A stretch of DNA of 64,000 nt from Longimicrobiales bacterium (GCA_965226375.1 CBDDCX010000008.1:1568001-1632000); one strand, 5' to 3'; positions 21,466 through 31,774 are shown, counted from the first letter of the stretch. Numbers and translations are program-made. Notes: a model not told the origin generated them from the sequence alone.

Positions 21466-22029
21466 TCATGCCTCCCCCACCCTGGGGAGGTCCGTCGTTA
21501 GCAGCTTTTGGCGCAACCCGTCCAACCTGCGCCGCAGGGATCCATCGTAGATCGTGTCACCCGCCCGAACGACGACGCCGCCCAGAATACCCGGCTTTAC
21601 GCGCACGCTGGGAATCGCCTCTCGGCCAAGAAGCGACGAAAGTCGCTCCTGTAGGTCGGCCAGCGAGGCGTCGTCCATCTTGCGGGCCAAGGTCACCTCG
21701 ACACGAACACGGCCCAGACGCTCGTCCACGAGAGTGTGGAACTCCCGCGCAATCTCTCCGATGAGACGCTGCCGCCTCTTATCGATCGTCACGAGCAGAA
21801 AGTTGATGAGCGTTCCGGGAAGACTGTCGGCAAACACACGTCGCACGACGTCCTTCTTCTGGCCGGCCGCAATCCGCGGTGTCGCTAGGAACGTTCGGAA
21901 ACTCGGATTCTCGTCGATGAGACGGGCCACGACTTCCAGACCGTCCCCGAAAACCTCCAGGCCCTCGTGTCGCTCCGCCACCTCGACCAGGGTCTCGGCG
22001 TAGTTGCGGGCGACCGTTTCCTCTCTCAC
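21466..22029 (-). CDS. atpH: F1Fo ATP synthase delta subunit
   Basis: VARNYAETL and ILGGVVVRAGDTIYDGS motifs. Confidence 0.94.
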   Translation of the reverse strand: MREETVARNYAETLVEVAERHEGLEVFGDGLEVVARLIDENPSFRTFLATPRIAAGQKKDVVRRVFADSLPGTLINFLLVTIDKRRQRLIGEIAREFHTLVDERLGRVRVEVTLARKMDDASLADLQERLSSLLGREAIPSVRVKPGILGGVVVRAGDTIYDGSLRRRLDGLRQKLLTTDLPRVGEA

Positions 22030-22529
22030 GCCTGGGCTCCCCCACCCTGCTCGCTGAGATCGTCGATGTAGCCCATGACCAACTCACGGTCCCTGGCGTC
22101 GTCGAGGCTCTCGTGCAGGAGCTTGGCCGCGGCGGCCAAGGCCAGATCGACCGACTCCTTTCGGAGTGCTTCGAGGGCCAAGTCCTTCTCACGTCCGATG
22201 GACTCCCGCGCACGCTCGATCAGGGCCTGGCCTTCGGACCTGGCCTTCTCTTCGATGTCCTGCCGGACCTTCTCGCCCGCCTCTTTGCCTTCGGCGATCA
22301 ACTGCTGCGCCTGGCGGCGTGCTTCGGCCATCTGCTGCCGGTGCTCGGCGAGCAGCTTGGCGGCCTCTTCCCTCTCATGGGCCGCCTTGTCCAGCGTATC
22401 CTGGATACCACTCTCGCGCGCGTCGACCGCCGCGAGTACCGGCCCCCAAGCGAACTTCCACAGGATGCCTAGCAACGCGAGGAAGACGAACGTGGTCCAG
22501 ACTGAAAGTCCGAGGTTGAGGTCGAACAT
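22026..22529 (-). CDS. atpF: F1Fo ATP synthase subunit b
   Basis: N-terminal TM segment, KFAWGP...RE, then a long coiled coil. Confidence 0.94.
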   Translation of the reverse strand: MFDLNLGLSVWTTFVFLALLGILWKFAWGPVLAAVDARESGIQDTLDKAAHEREEAAKLLAEHRQQMAEARRQAQQLIAEGKEAGEKVRQDIEEKARSEGQALIERARESIGREKDLALEALRKESVDLALAAAAKLLHESLDDARDRELVMGYIDDLSEQGGGAQA

Positions 22530-22552
22530 GCAGACTCCTTATGACTCTTCGA

Positions 22553-22807
22553 CTAGAACATCACGAACGCGAGGCCGAGACCGAAGAGGGCGACGCCCTC
22601 GATGAGGGCCGCGAAGATGATCGCTGCGGTCTGGATCTGCGCCCCGACTTCCGGCTGACGGGCGATCCCCGACGCCGCAGCGGCACCGATGGGTCCGATT
22701 CCGAGTCCGGCACCGATGGCGGCACCGCCGATCGCCAGTCCGGCACCGATGAGGGCGTTGCCGCCATTCCCTGCGGCTTCCTGAACCGCGGTAAGCAAGA
22801 AGTGCAT
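22553..22807 (-). CDS. atpE: F1Fo ATP synthase subunit c
   Basis: GAAIGAGLGIG, ARQPE and AALIEG motifs. Confidence 0.95.
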   Translation of the reverse strand: MHFLLTAVQEAAGNGGNALIGAGLAIGGAAIGAGLGIGPIGAAAASGIARQPEVGAQIQTAAIIFAALIEGVALFGLGLAFVMF

Positions 22808-22829
22808 CTTTCGTCCTTTGTGACAGTGA

Positions 22830-23753
22830 CTAGTGAGCGTGACGGATGAGCCCGATAAAGACGGACGTGAGCATCACGAAGATGTAGGCCTGCAAGAAGG
22901 CGATGAACAATTCGAGAATCATGAGAAGGCTGGCCATGGTGACCGAGGTGACGCCCATGACGTAGCTCTGGAGCACGAAGATCATCCCCATGATGGCAAG
23001 GATCAGCGTGTGACCGGCTGTCATGTTGGCGAGGAGACGCACGGCCAACGCGAACGGCTTGGTCAGCTTCCCGAGGGCCTCGACTATCGTGAGGATGCCG
23101 AGTATGAAGGGCTTCATGAAGGTCGGAACACCCGGCGGCATGAAGAAGATCGTCTTGGCGTACCCCACGGGGCCCAAAGCCCGAAATCCCGAGACTTCGA
23201 TGACGACGAAGCTGATGATGGCCAGAGCGGCGGTCACGGAGATGTTCGCCGTAGGCGTGATCCCCAAAGGTGTAAGCCCGATCAGGTTCATGCCCAGAAT
23301 GAAGAAGAACAACGTGAGGATAAACGGCGTAAAGGTGTCCGCCCCGTGCCCGATGTTGGTCCGCACAACCTCGTTCCGGAAATAGATGATCAGGGCTTCC
23401 ATGGCATTGGCGAAGCCACTCGGAGCCTTTTCCACACCCTTCGACCGGATGAGCCTCGCCACCGGGATGAAGATCAGGGGGAGCAGAACCGCCACGAACA
23501 ACATCACAACGAGTTGACGGGTCGGAGACAGATCGATGGCGATCGATCCCAAGTGGATGGGATCGATGCTCAACGATTCCAGACTCCAGTGCCCACCGGC
23601 GAACTCAATTTCCTTGGCGTCACCGATGTGGTGGGAAATGAAATCGGGCAGGCCTTCCATGCTAAGGCCGACCTCGGCACCGTGGGCACCCTCTTGGGCG
23701 GCTCCCTGGGCTCCACCCTCGGCGTGCTCCTGCAGAGCTCCGAATAGACTCAT
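22830..23753 (-). CDS. atpB: F1Fo ATP synthase subunit a
   Basis: TPTANISVT, KPFALAVRLLANMTAGH and LQAYIF motifs. Confidence 0.96.
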   Translation of the reverse strand: MSLFGALQEHAEGGAQGAAQEGAHGAEVGLSMEGLPDFISHHIGDAKEIEFAGGHWSLESLSIDPIHLGSIAIDLSPTRQLVVMLFVAVLLPLIFIPVARLIRSKGVEKAPSGFANAMEALIIYFRNEVVRTNIGHGADTFTPFILTLFFFILGMNLIGLTPLGITPTANISVTAALAIISFVVIEVSGFRALGPVGYAKTIFFMPPGVPTFMKPFILGILTIVEALGKLTKPFALAVRLLANMTAGHTLILAIMGMIFVLQSYVMGVTSVTMASLLMILELFIAFLQAYIFVMLTSVFIGLIRHAH

Positions 23754-24136
23754 GTTGTCGTCCGTGCGTCCTTATCATCGGCCTTTAGGAAGGCCGGTTC
23801 TATCAACAACAAGACGAAGAAGAATCCCACCAGCGACAGCACAAGTGCTGCCGGTTCCACCGACACGAGCATCGTGGAGGCAAATCCCACGGCTACGACG
23901 ACCGCCACCCGAAGCGCAATTCCGGCTCCCCACCACACCATGAAACGAGTCGGCTCACCTCGCGCGCGAAGCAGCAATCCGAATGCCATGACCTGAACAG
24001 GGTAAGCGATTAACGCCGCCAGGAGAATCCCTCTTCTGCCCGCGTCGTCCAAAAACGCCGAAAGTGCCACCGCTCCCAAACCGACTATCAAGAGCGCGAC
24101 CAAAGCGTACCTACCAAGGCCACTAATCCGTCTCAC
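23750..24136 (-). CDS. ATP synthase accessory membrane protein (AtpI-like, 4 TM)
   Basis: Four hydrophobic segments, directly upstream of atpB. Confidence 0.65.
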   Translation of the reverse strand: MRRISGLGRYALVALLIVGLGAVALSAFLDDAGRRGILLAALIAYPVQVMAFGLLLRARGEPTRFMVWWGAGIALRVAVVVAVGFASTMLVSVEPAALVLSLVGFFFVLLLIEPAFLKADDKDARTTT

Positions 24137-24392
24137 TCTCCTCGCGATCCTGCTCCTGTCGTGGACGTACCACCAATTGAACGTAGAGATTGTAGAAACC
24201 GGCCGCGCCGCCCAAGAATATCCCGAGAAGCGTGAGCAACGACTGGAACCCGACCCGCTCTCCGATCTCGGAGCCGACCCATCCGAAGAGCGCCACCGAC
24301 GCGGCCATGGCCATCCCGTGCCCCATGTACTGGGACGAGGCGCGGACCACGTCTTCCCCTCGATCTCCGCTCGGATTTCCTGACCTCTTCAT
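24123..24392 (-). CDS. AtpZ/AtpI family protein
   Basis: Two TM helices with G-x-F-L-G-x-A-A-G-F-Y-N; first gene of the atp operon. Confidence 0.75.
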   Translation of the reverse strand: MKRSGNPSGDRGEDVVRASSQYMGHGMAMAASVALFGWVGSEIGERVGFQSLLTLLGIFLGGAAGFYNLYVQLVVRPRQEQDREESETD

Positions 24393-24428
24393 TGGCTGGA
24401 ACTCCGGTCGGTTGCCCAAAGCCAGCAA

Positions 24429-24457
24429 AATCTAGAAGCTTGTGAAAAAAATCGCAA
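24429..24457 (-). promoter_or_regulatory. Candidate sigma-70 promoter of the atp operon overlapped by a Rex-like operator
   Basis: Minus strand TTGCGA-N17-TAGATT. Plus strand 24440-24457 TTGTGAAAAAAATCGCAA resembles TTGTGAA-N4-TTCACAA. Confidence 0.55.
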
Positions 24458-24707
24458 GCGCCGCTTTTGCCATGTAGCAAGGGCTTTCCGGGCAATCGAC
24501 GACGCTTGACGGGGAACGGCACCGTGGTCAACTTCGCGACGTGAAAAGTAGGCTCGAATCGGCCCGAGTCAGTCGCCCTGCGTTCCTCATGAGAGATCTC
24601 GCCACGGGACCTCTCATGATCGGTGGCGGGTACGCTGCGTGGTCGGTGTACCTCGCCACGCCCGCCGCGCGGCTAAACCCTTTCAGCAGGGCGTGGAAAG
24701 CGATCTG

Positions 24708-25727
<1,020 letters not shown>

Positions 25728-25776
25728 GTCCAAGGAGGAAGGCGGGCGATCGTCCGCCGAATCCCTGGGGACTGAC

Positions 25777-27033
25777 ATGATCTGGCTGCTGCTGGCCGCT
25801 GCGGCCGTCTCCATCTTGCTGTCTGCTGTGCTCTCCGCGGCTGAAGCAGCAACCTTCGCGGTCGGATTGTCACGCCTGCGGACCCTCGAGGAAGAGGGAT
25901 TCCATGGCGCCGAGGCCCTCGCCGACCTGAGAGGCCGGCCCGAGGCCGTGCGGACATCCCTGCTCGCCCTGACCACTGTACTCAACGCCTGTGCGGTAGG
26001 TATCTCGGTTATCATGGGCACCCTGCTCAGGGGTACCACCGGAGGTGTCCTCGGCCTATTGATCGGCGGCGGAGTCGTCCTGGTCATGGGGCAAAGCCTC
26101 CCTCGCTTCCTGGCGACCGTCCGGCCCCTGCGCCTGGCCCTCGCGGCCGCGCCTCTTCTCATCCTTGTCGACGGAGTGGTCGCAGCGACAACGGTGCCCA
26201 TCGGGCAGATCACCGGGTTGCTCGTACGGCGCAACGGGGACGAGGGCTCGACGGAAGAAGAGCGGGCCGTCCGTGAGATCTCCGAACTGGGCCAGGAGGA
26301 GGGCTTGGTGGGAGTGGAGGAGCACCTGCTCGTGGAGAGGGCCTTCCGCCTGGACGAGTTGACCGTCTGGGAGGTCATGACTCCCAGGGTCGACATCTTC
26401 GCCTGGAAGGACTCGCTCACCCTCGAGGAGATCATCGGTGAACTTGCGACAGTGCCCTACTCCAGGGTGCCCGTCTACAGAGAGACCACGGACGACATTT
26501 CGGGCATCCTGTACATACGCGAGGCCTATGAGAACTACGTGGCCGGCCGGGCCTCGATGACCCTGGACCAGCTGTCCCGGGAACCGCTCTTCGTACCGGG
26601 CTCCCTATCGCTGACTCGGTTACTCGGACAGTTCCAGGCCCGTCGCATTCACATGGGCATCGTCGCGGACGAGTTCGGGGGAACGGACGGACTCGCCACC
26701 CTGGAGGACATTCTCGAAGAGCTGGTCGGAGAGATCGTCGACGAGACCGACGTGGACGAAGAGGCCCTGGTCCGCCTGTCCCGCACCGAAGTCGAAGCAC
26801 CCGGAGGCATGGACCTGCGGGAGATCAACCATGCGTTCAACGTGACACTCCCCCAGCTCGAGCACCGCTCCCTGAACGGGTTCATCCTCGAGGAGTTGGG
26901 CCATGTCCCCCAAGCTGGTGAGACACTCGATCGCGCCGGAGTGCGGATCGAGATCCTGGAGGCCTCGGACACGCAGGTCATCCGCGCACGTCTTGCCAAG
27001 CTCACCCCGACGGGCAGAGACGGGAGCGACTAG
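25777..27033 (+). CDS. Hemolysin/CNNM family protein (DUF21 + CBS pair + CorC/HlyC)
   Basis: SAAEAA, VMTPRVDI, YSRVPVY and DEFGGTDGLATLEDILEELVGEI motifs. Confidence 0.92.
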   Translation: MIWLLLAAAAVSILLSAVLSAAEAATFAVGLSRLRTLEEEGFHGAEALADLRGRPEAVRTSLLALTTVLNACAVGISVIMGTLLRGTTGGVLGLLIGGGVVLVMGQSLPRFLATVRPLRLALAAAPLLILVDGVVAATTVPIGQITGLLVRRNGDEGSTEEERAVREISELGQEEGLVGVEEHLLVERAFRLDELTVWEVMTPRVDIFAWKDSLTLEEIIGELATVPYSRVPVYRETTDDISGILYIREAYENYVAGRASMTLDQLSREPLFVPGSLSLTRLLGQFQARRIHMGIVADEFGGTDGLATLEDILEELVGEIVDETDVDEEALVRLSRTEVEAPGGMDLREINHAFNVTLPQLEHRSLNGFILEELGHVPQAGETLDRAGVRIEILEASDTQVIRARLAKLTPTGRDGSD

Positions 27034-27099
27034 TGCCGTTATGCGCTGGATCGGTGGCGTTCGTGACGCGACCCGCTGCACTCCTTCCATAGGCGCCTG

Positions 27100-27729
27100 A
27101 TGGCCATCATCCTGCCCTTCAACGGTAAGCGGCCCCGCATTGCCGAGTCCGCCTTCGTCGCACCCAATGCTGTCCTGGTGGGAGACGTGACGGTCGGCGA
27201 GGAGGCCAGCATCTGGTTCGGCGCCGTGCTCCGCGGTGACGACCCCAACCACGGGATCATCGTCGGGGCGGGCAGCAGCGTTCAGGACAACTGTGTGGTG
27301 CATGTCGGCGACTGGGGCCCGACACGCATCGGCGAGCAGGTGACCGTCGGGCACGGAGCCAAGTTCGAGAGCTGCGACATCGGTGATCGAACCGTGGTCG
27401 GCATGAACGCCGTCATTCTCCAGAAGGCCCGCATCGGCATCGAGTGTGTCATCGGGGCCAACGCGGTTGTGCTGGAGGGCACCGAGATCCCGGACCGGAG
27501 TCTGGTGGCGGGAGTCCCGGCGGTCGTGAAGCGGACGCTCGACGAATCCGCACCCTGGATCGCGCGGGGCGGACGCCACTATATCGAGCTGTCGCGGGAG
27601 TACCTCGATCAGGGCGTAGGCCAAGCCGACGTAGCCCGCTGTGAGGTGTGCGGAGGCCCCGTGTTGGAGCGTCACTGCAAAATCGTTTGCCTGGACTGCG
27701 GCTATCAACGAGACTGCTCGGACCCTTAG
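27100..27729 (+). CDS. Gamma-class carbonic anhydrase family protein with C-terminal Cys-rich zinc ribbon
   Basis: Hexapeptide repeats, VLRGD and VQDNCVVH motifs; tail CEVC...HCKIVCLDCGYQRDCSDP. Confidence 0.88.
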   Translation: MAIILPFNGKRPRIAESAFVAPNAVLVGDVTVGEEASIWFGAVLRGDDPNHGIIVGAGSSVQDNCVVHVGDWGPTRIGEQVTVGHGAKFESCDIGDRTVVGMNAVILQKARIGIECVIGANAVVLEGTEIPDRSLVAGVPAVVKRTLDESAPWIARGGRHYIELSREYLDQGVGQADVARCEVCGGPVLERHCKIVCLDCGYQRDCSDP

Positions 27730-27785
27730 CGGGCCGAGGCAGAAGCGGAACCTGTCAACGACAATGGGACACTCTACGGGATTAA

Positions 27786-28793
27786 TTAGAGAGCAATGTC
27801 CTGTGTGGTGAGGGAAGGGATGGGAGGATTGATGAAGACGGCCTCCGGGAGCGGTTTGGGCTTCGGCACACCTCTGACGAAGCGTTCGGGATGAGCGGCC
27901 CATGCTTCGCGGAGCACGGATTTCCTGCCGGCAATGACCTGATCGGCGTTCCCGAAGTGGACCTGCTCGGGGGTTAGCATCGAGATGCCGCCATGGCGGT
28001 GCTCGGCATTGTACCAGCGGAAGAACGATCGACAGAACGTCTTGGCTTGGCCCTGATCCCCGAACCGTCCGGGAAACGAGGGATGGTACTTCAAGGTTTT
28101 GAACTGAGCCTCGGAAAACGGGTTGTCATCCGACACCTGAGGCCGGCTCAACGAGCGGGTCACGCCGAGGTCAGCGAGAAGTTGAGCGGTGCATTGGCTC
28201 GTCATTGGAGCTCCCCGATCCGAGTGCAGGGTCAGGACCCGGGGCTGGACGCCATGCTTCAGGCAGCTCTGCTGGATCAACCGGCCGGCCAGGGCCGAGT
28301 TCTCCCGGTCCGCCACCATCCAGCCCACGACGTAGCGGCTGTAGATGTCCATGATGACGTAGAGGTAGTAATAGCTCCACTTCTTCGGCCCGAGCAGCCG
28401 CGTGATATCCCAGGACCACACCTGGTTCGGCGCCGTGGCCATCAACTCGGGCTTCTTGTACTCGGGATGGGTGCGCTGCGCCCGGCGTTCCTGAACCGGC
28501 ACCTCGGAGGCCAGAACACGATACATCGTGCGTTCGCTGCACAGGTAGACCTCTTCGTCGAGCAGCGTGGCCACCACCTCGGCGGGTGAGCGGTCCACGA
28601 ACCGCTCCGAACACAGCGTGTCGAAGACCTCGCCTCGTTCCGTCTCGCTCAATGCCCGGGCGGGCGTCGGGCGGGGCTGCTGTTGCCCGGTTGATGGGCC
28701 TCGACGACGGTACAACGTCGATCGGGAGACCTCGAGGGCCGCGCACGCCGGTTTTACACCGACGTGCTTAGCCAGCTCATCGGCCGCCTTCAA
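27786..28793 (-). CDS. IS3-family transposase OrfB (integrase core)
   Basis: DDE motifs PNQVWSWDIT, LHSDRG and DNPFSEAQFKTLK. Confidence 0.93.
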   Translation of the reverse strand: MKAADELAKHVGVKPACAALEVSRSTLYRRRGPSTGQQQPRPTPARALSETERGEVFDTLCSERFVDRSPAEVVATLLDEEVYLCSERTMYRVLASEVPVQERRAQRTHPEYKKPELMATAPNQVWSWDITRLLGPKKWSYYYLYVIMDIYSRYVVGWMVADRENSALAGRLIQQSCLKHGVQPRVLTLHSDRGAPMTSQCTAQLLADLGVTRSLSRPQVSDDNPFSEAQFKTLKYHPSFPGRFGDQGQAKTFCRSFFRWYNAEHRHGGISMLTPEQVHFGNADQVIAGRKSVLREAWAAHPERFVRGVPKPKPLPEAVFINPPIPSLTTQDIAL

Positions 28794-29239
28794 GAGTTTG
28801 TCCCGTCGTCGAGGCTTATCCCCAGCAGCCCCGCAACTTTTCCCTGCACGTCGATGATCAGGTGTGCCTTCCTGAGCTCATTCCCGAGCCGTGCGTTTCG
28901 CCGCTCCAGCTTGCGTACCTTCTCATCCAGCGGATTTCGCTCCGGCTTGCGGCCGCGTTTCTTCGACAGGGCCTTCAGCGACCCGCTATGCGCCGCCTTG
29001 CGCCACGTCGTCAGGTGCGACGAGTACAGGCCCTCTCGCCGCAGGACTTGACCCACCTCGCCGGGCTCGGTGCACCGGTCCGCTTCTTCGACGATCCGCA
29101 GCTTGTACGACGGACTGAACCGCCGCCGTAGCGGCCTATCTACTACCTCCGGGTCCGCAGGAGCTGCCGCGCTTCGCTTGGCCTCCCCGGTTCCAGGGGC
29201 ACTACCATTCTCTGCCATTCTCTCTCGCAGTCCCAACAT
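28790..29239 (-). CDS. IS3-family transposase OrfA (HTH)
   Basis: RRRFSPSYKLRIV, LRREGLYSSHLTTWR and a coiled coil; 4-bp overlap with orfB. Confidence 0.88.
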   Translation of the reverse strand: MLGLRERMAENGSAPGTGEAKRSAAAPADPEVVDRPLRRRFSPSYKLRIVEEADRCTEPGEVGQVLRREGLYSSHLTTWRKAAHSGSLKALSKKRGRKPERNPLDEKVRKLERRNARLGNELRKAHLIIDVQGKVAGLLGISLDDGTNS

Positions 29240-29493
29240 GTTCGTTTTCTCTGCCTTCGCCCTACTCTAATTCTTTGCGTGCTCCGTGTCTCACGTACGT
29301 TGGCAGAGAGGGGACGGGGGAGTCAGGTTCACCCTGGATCCCATTGACCTCACTCATTGGGTGCCCTGGAGGCGATCGGCAGACTGGTTACCATTCCTTC
29401 GAGCCCAACGGTAGGTATGAGATCAAACTTGCTCCTGCCAATAACACTCGTTCGATTCGCTGTGAGTGCACCAGCTACACCACCGGCGGTACA

Positions 29494-29586
29494 GTGACGA
29501 CAGATTGGACACTTCGACCATACGCTCCCGGCGATGAACGCGCAGCGTCAGGTCTGTTTCGCGAGGTCTTCGCTGCGCAGATGACG
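29494..29586 (+). pseudogene. N-terminal fragment of a probable GNAT acetyltransferase
   Basis: [26 protein letters not shown], breaking at the junction with the kinase fragment. Confidence 0.45.
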
Positions 29587-29754
29587 GCGACTCCCGCCCG
29601 CTGTGCCCACGGCGAGCGCGATGCCGAAATCCGCTATCACCGGCTCGCCGTCCTGAAGCAGGATGTTCGCGGGCTTGATGTCGCGGTGGATCACCTCGTG
29701 GCGATGGGCGTGGTCCAGCGCATTTGCCACGGCAGTCGCAATCCGAACCGCCTC
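29586..29754 (-). pseudogene. Internal fragment of a Ser/Thr protein kinase
   Basis: [49 protein letters not shown]; no N- or C-lobe continuation. Confidence 0.85.
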
Positions 29755-29775
29755 GCGGGCTTCCTTTTACATCAG

Positions 29776-29848
29776 TGGAGCCAGCCGGGATCGAACCGGC
29801 GACCTCTGGCTTGCAAAGCCAGCGCTCTCCCAACTGAGCTATGGCCCC
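29776..29848 (-). tRNA. tRNA-Ala (TGC)
   Basis: GGGGCCATAGCTCAGTTGGGAGAGCGCTGGCTTTGCAAGCCAGAGGTCGCCGGTTCGATCCCGGCTGGCTCCA forms a cloverleaf with TGC anticodon and G3:U70 pair. Confidence 0.97.
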
Positions 29849-30225
29849 TCTTTGCTGTTTCGTCCTATAGGCAAGCGATTCTTTTGTTTCCGGGAATCCC
29901 GCCGACGAACGAGCGTGCACGTTGGGGGGTCTACCGGGCCTCCCGAAGCTCGCCCGCCTCAAGAACGACACGTAAGGTAGTCTCACTGTCGGCCTGCTGG
30001 TAGGCAGTCTTGAGGCTCACGATGTTTTTCCATCCACCCGCGTGAGCGGCATGGACATCCGGTCAAGAGCGGATGGTCAAGGATATCGGTCACCGCTTTT
30101 TTGCGCGTTTTGTCCTTGGCACTCACCTTCCGCGCGCTGGCTCTGATCAACGTACGATTGTCGACCGATGGAGTGCGCCGCCGTGAGCATCGAATGAAAG
30201 TGGCTACCAGGATGCTGCAAGGCTC

Positions 30226-30435
30226 GTGAGGTACAGCAAGGTGTACCTCGAAGCCATCAGCTACGAGCTCCCGCCGGTTGTGGTCACATCGGAGGAGATC
30301 GAAGAGCGTCTCGAGCCCCTTTACGAAAAGCTCAACGTCCGAACGGGCACTCTTCGGATGCTCACGGGAATCAGCGAGCGCCGCTGGTGGAAGCCGCGCC
30401 ATTCGCTGTCGCAAAACGCGGCGGCGGCGGCCGAG
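30226..30435 (+). pseudogene. N-terminal fragment of a 3-oxoacyl-ACP synthase III (OleA-like)
   Basis: MRYSKVYLEAISYELPPVVVTSEEIEERLEPLY...LTGISERRWW; stops after about 70 aa. Confidence 0.75.
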
Positions 30436-30727
30436 AGCGATCAAGCACGTCGTTGGAGCGACGGCTCCGGACGTCGCCGAAAGCTCGACCAAGTCCGTGC
30501 ATGGGCACCTGGTGGGGGCGTCCGGGGCCCTCGAGTGCGCGATTACTGCGCTCGCGCTCCACGGGCGCCGGATTCCGCCGACCGCGCACCTGACGGTTCC
30601 CGATCCGGCGTGTGACCTCGATTGTGTAGCGGGGGTCGGACGCGATGCCCCGGGCCTCGAGATCGCCCTGTCGAACTCATTCGCGTTCGGGGGGTCGAAC
30701 GCTTCGCTCGTGTTGAAGCGGGCCTGA
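30435..30727 (+). pseudogene. C-terminal fragment of a beta-ketoacyl-ACP synthase II (FabF-like)
   Basis: SSTKSVHGHLVGASGALE, IPPT and SNSFAFGGSNASL motifs; different frame from the upstream fragment. Confidence 0.85.
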
Positions 30728-31774
30728 ACACGCCTCCGCGATGCGCTCTTCTGCCATTTGATCGGCCGCCTCCGCGGTGGAGATGCCACGTTGCTCAGCC
30801 GTCGCGATCACCGTGAGCGTCTGGCCGTAGATCTGGCCCACCTTCCGTAGAATTCGAGCGTCGTCTACGCTCTCACCCAGCACCTCTGCCTGACATCGGA
30901 TCAGTCCACCCGAGTTGACGAGGTAATCCGGCCCATAGACGATCCCTCGCTCTCTCAACGCCACCCCATGCCGGGGTTCTGCAAGAACGTTGTTGGCCCC
31001 GCCCGAGATGCCGCGACAGCGTAGCTCGGGAATCGTTTCGTCGTTGAGCACGGCCCCCATGGAGCAAGGCGAAAACACATCACACTCGACTGCGTATATG
31101 CTGTCCGGCGCCACGACACTGACACCAAACTCCTCCACGACCCTGTCGACGGATTCCTGCAGGACATCGGTCACCGTGATTCTAGCGCCGGCTTCGTGGC
31201 AGTACTTGGCAACGAAATATCCTACGTTACCCACACCCTGAATGACGACATGGCGGTCGGCTAGCGAATCGCCTCCCGTCGTCGCCTGGAGGACTGCGCG
31301 TATACCCGCGGTCACACCGTAGGCCATGGCGAACGAAGGATCTCCCGCTCCTCCCGCCGATTCGTGAACGCACGAGACATGTCGGGTTTCTCCCCTTATC
31401 ACAGCCATGTCGTGCGAGTCCGTTCCGATGTCTTGGCCCGCAATATATTGGCCGCCCAAGCTATTGATGAACCGACCCATGGACCGAAGCAGAGCCTCCG
31501 ACTTCTGCGTCTCGGGATCTGCGATGACCACGGACTTGCCCCCACCGAGGTCGACACCGCTGATCGCCGCCTTGTAGGTCATGCCTCGCGCCAGCCGAAG
31601 GACGTCCCGTAACGCGTCTTCTTCAGTGGCGAAGGGCCGCATCCGCACTCCTCCGAGTGCGGGCCCCAACGTCGTGTCATGGATGGCGATGATGGCGCGT
31701 AACCCGGATGCATCATCGCTACAAAAAAACACGTTCTGGAAACCGTGCGGAGTCATCTGATCGAAGATTCCCAC
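30677..31774 (-). CDS. Leu/Phe/Val amino acid dehydrogenase
   Basis: GPALGGVRM, RLARGMTYK, GGGKSV, QGVGNVG and GANN motifs. Confidence 0.92.
   Translation of the reverse strand: MGIFDQMTPHGFQNVFFCSDDASGLRAIIAIHDTTLGPALGGVRMRPFATEEDALRDVLRLARGMTYKAAISGVDLGGGKSVVIADPETQKSEALLRSMGRFINSLGGQYIAGQDIGTDSHDMAVIRGETRHVSCVHESAGGAGDPSFAMAYGVTAGIRAVLQATTGGDSLADRHVVIQGVGNVGYFVAKYCHEAGARITVTDVLQESVDRVVEEFGVSVVAPDSIYAVECDVFSPCSMGAVLNDETIPELRCRGISGGANNVLAEPRHGVALRERGIVYGPDYLVNSGGLIRCQAEVLGESVDDARILRKVGQIYGQTLTVIATAEQRGISTAEAADQMAEERIAEACSGPLQHERSVRPPERE

Larger units (their letters stand above)
27753..29305 (-). mobile_element. IS3-family insertion sequence
   Basis: Imperfect 20-bp terminal inverted repeats TGTCAACGACAATGGGACAC (27753) and GTGTCTCACGTACGTTGGCA (ends 29305) with TG...CA ends; orfA and orfB inside; no obvious target duplication. 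Confidence 0.88.

Noticed and set aside
22553..22807. Possible Na+-coupled ATP synthase
   Set aside because: Subunit c has ALIEGV and lacks the Gln and Glu-Ser/Thr sodium-binding signature, consistent with an ordinary proton-coupled enzyme.
29275..30003. 242-aa ORF spanning the IS end and the tRNA
   Set aside because: It crosses the IS inverted repeat, the antisense of the kinase fragment and the tRNA, so it is not a coherent gene.
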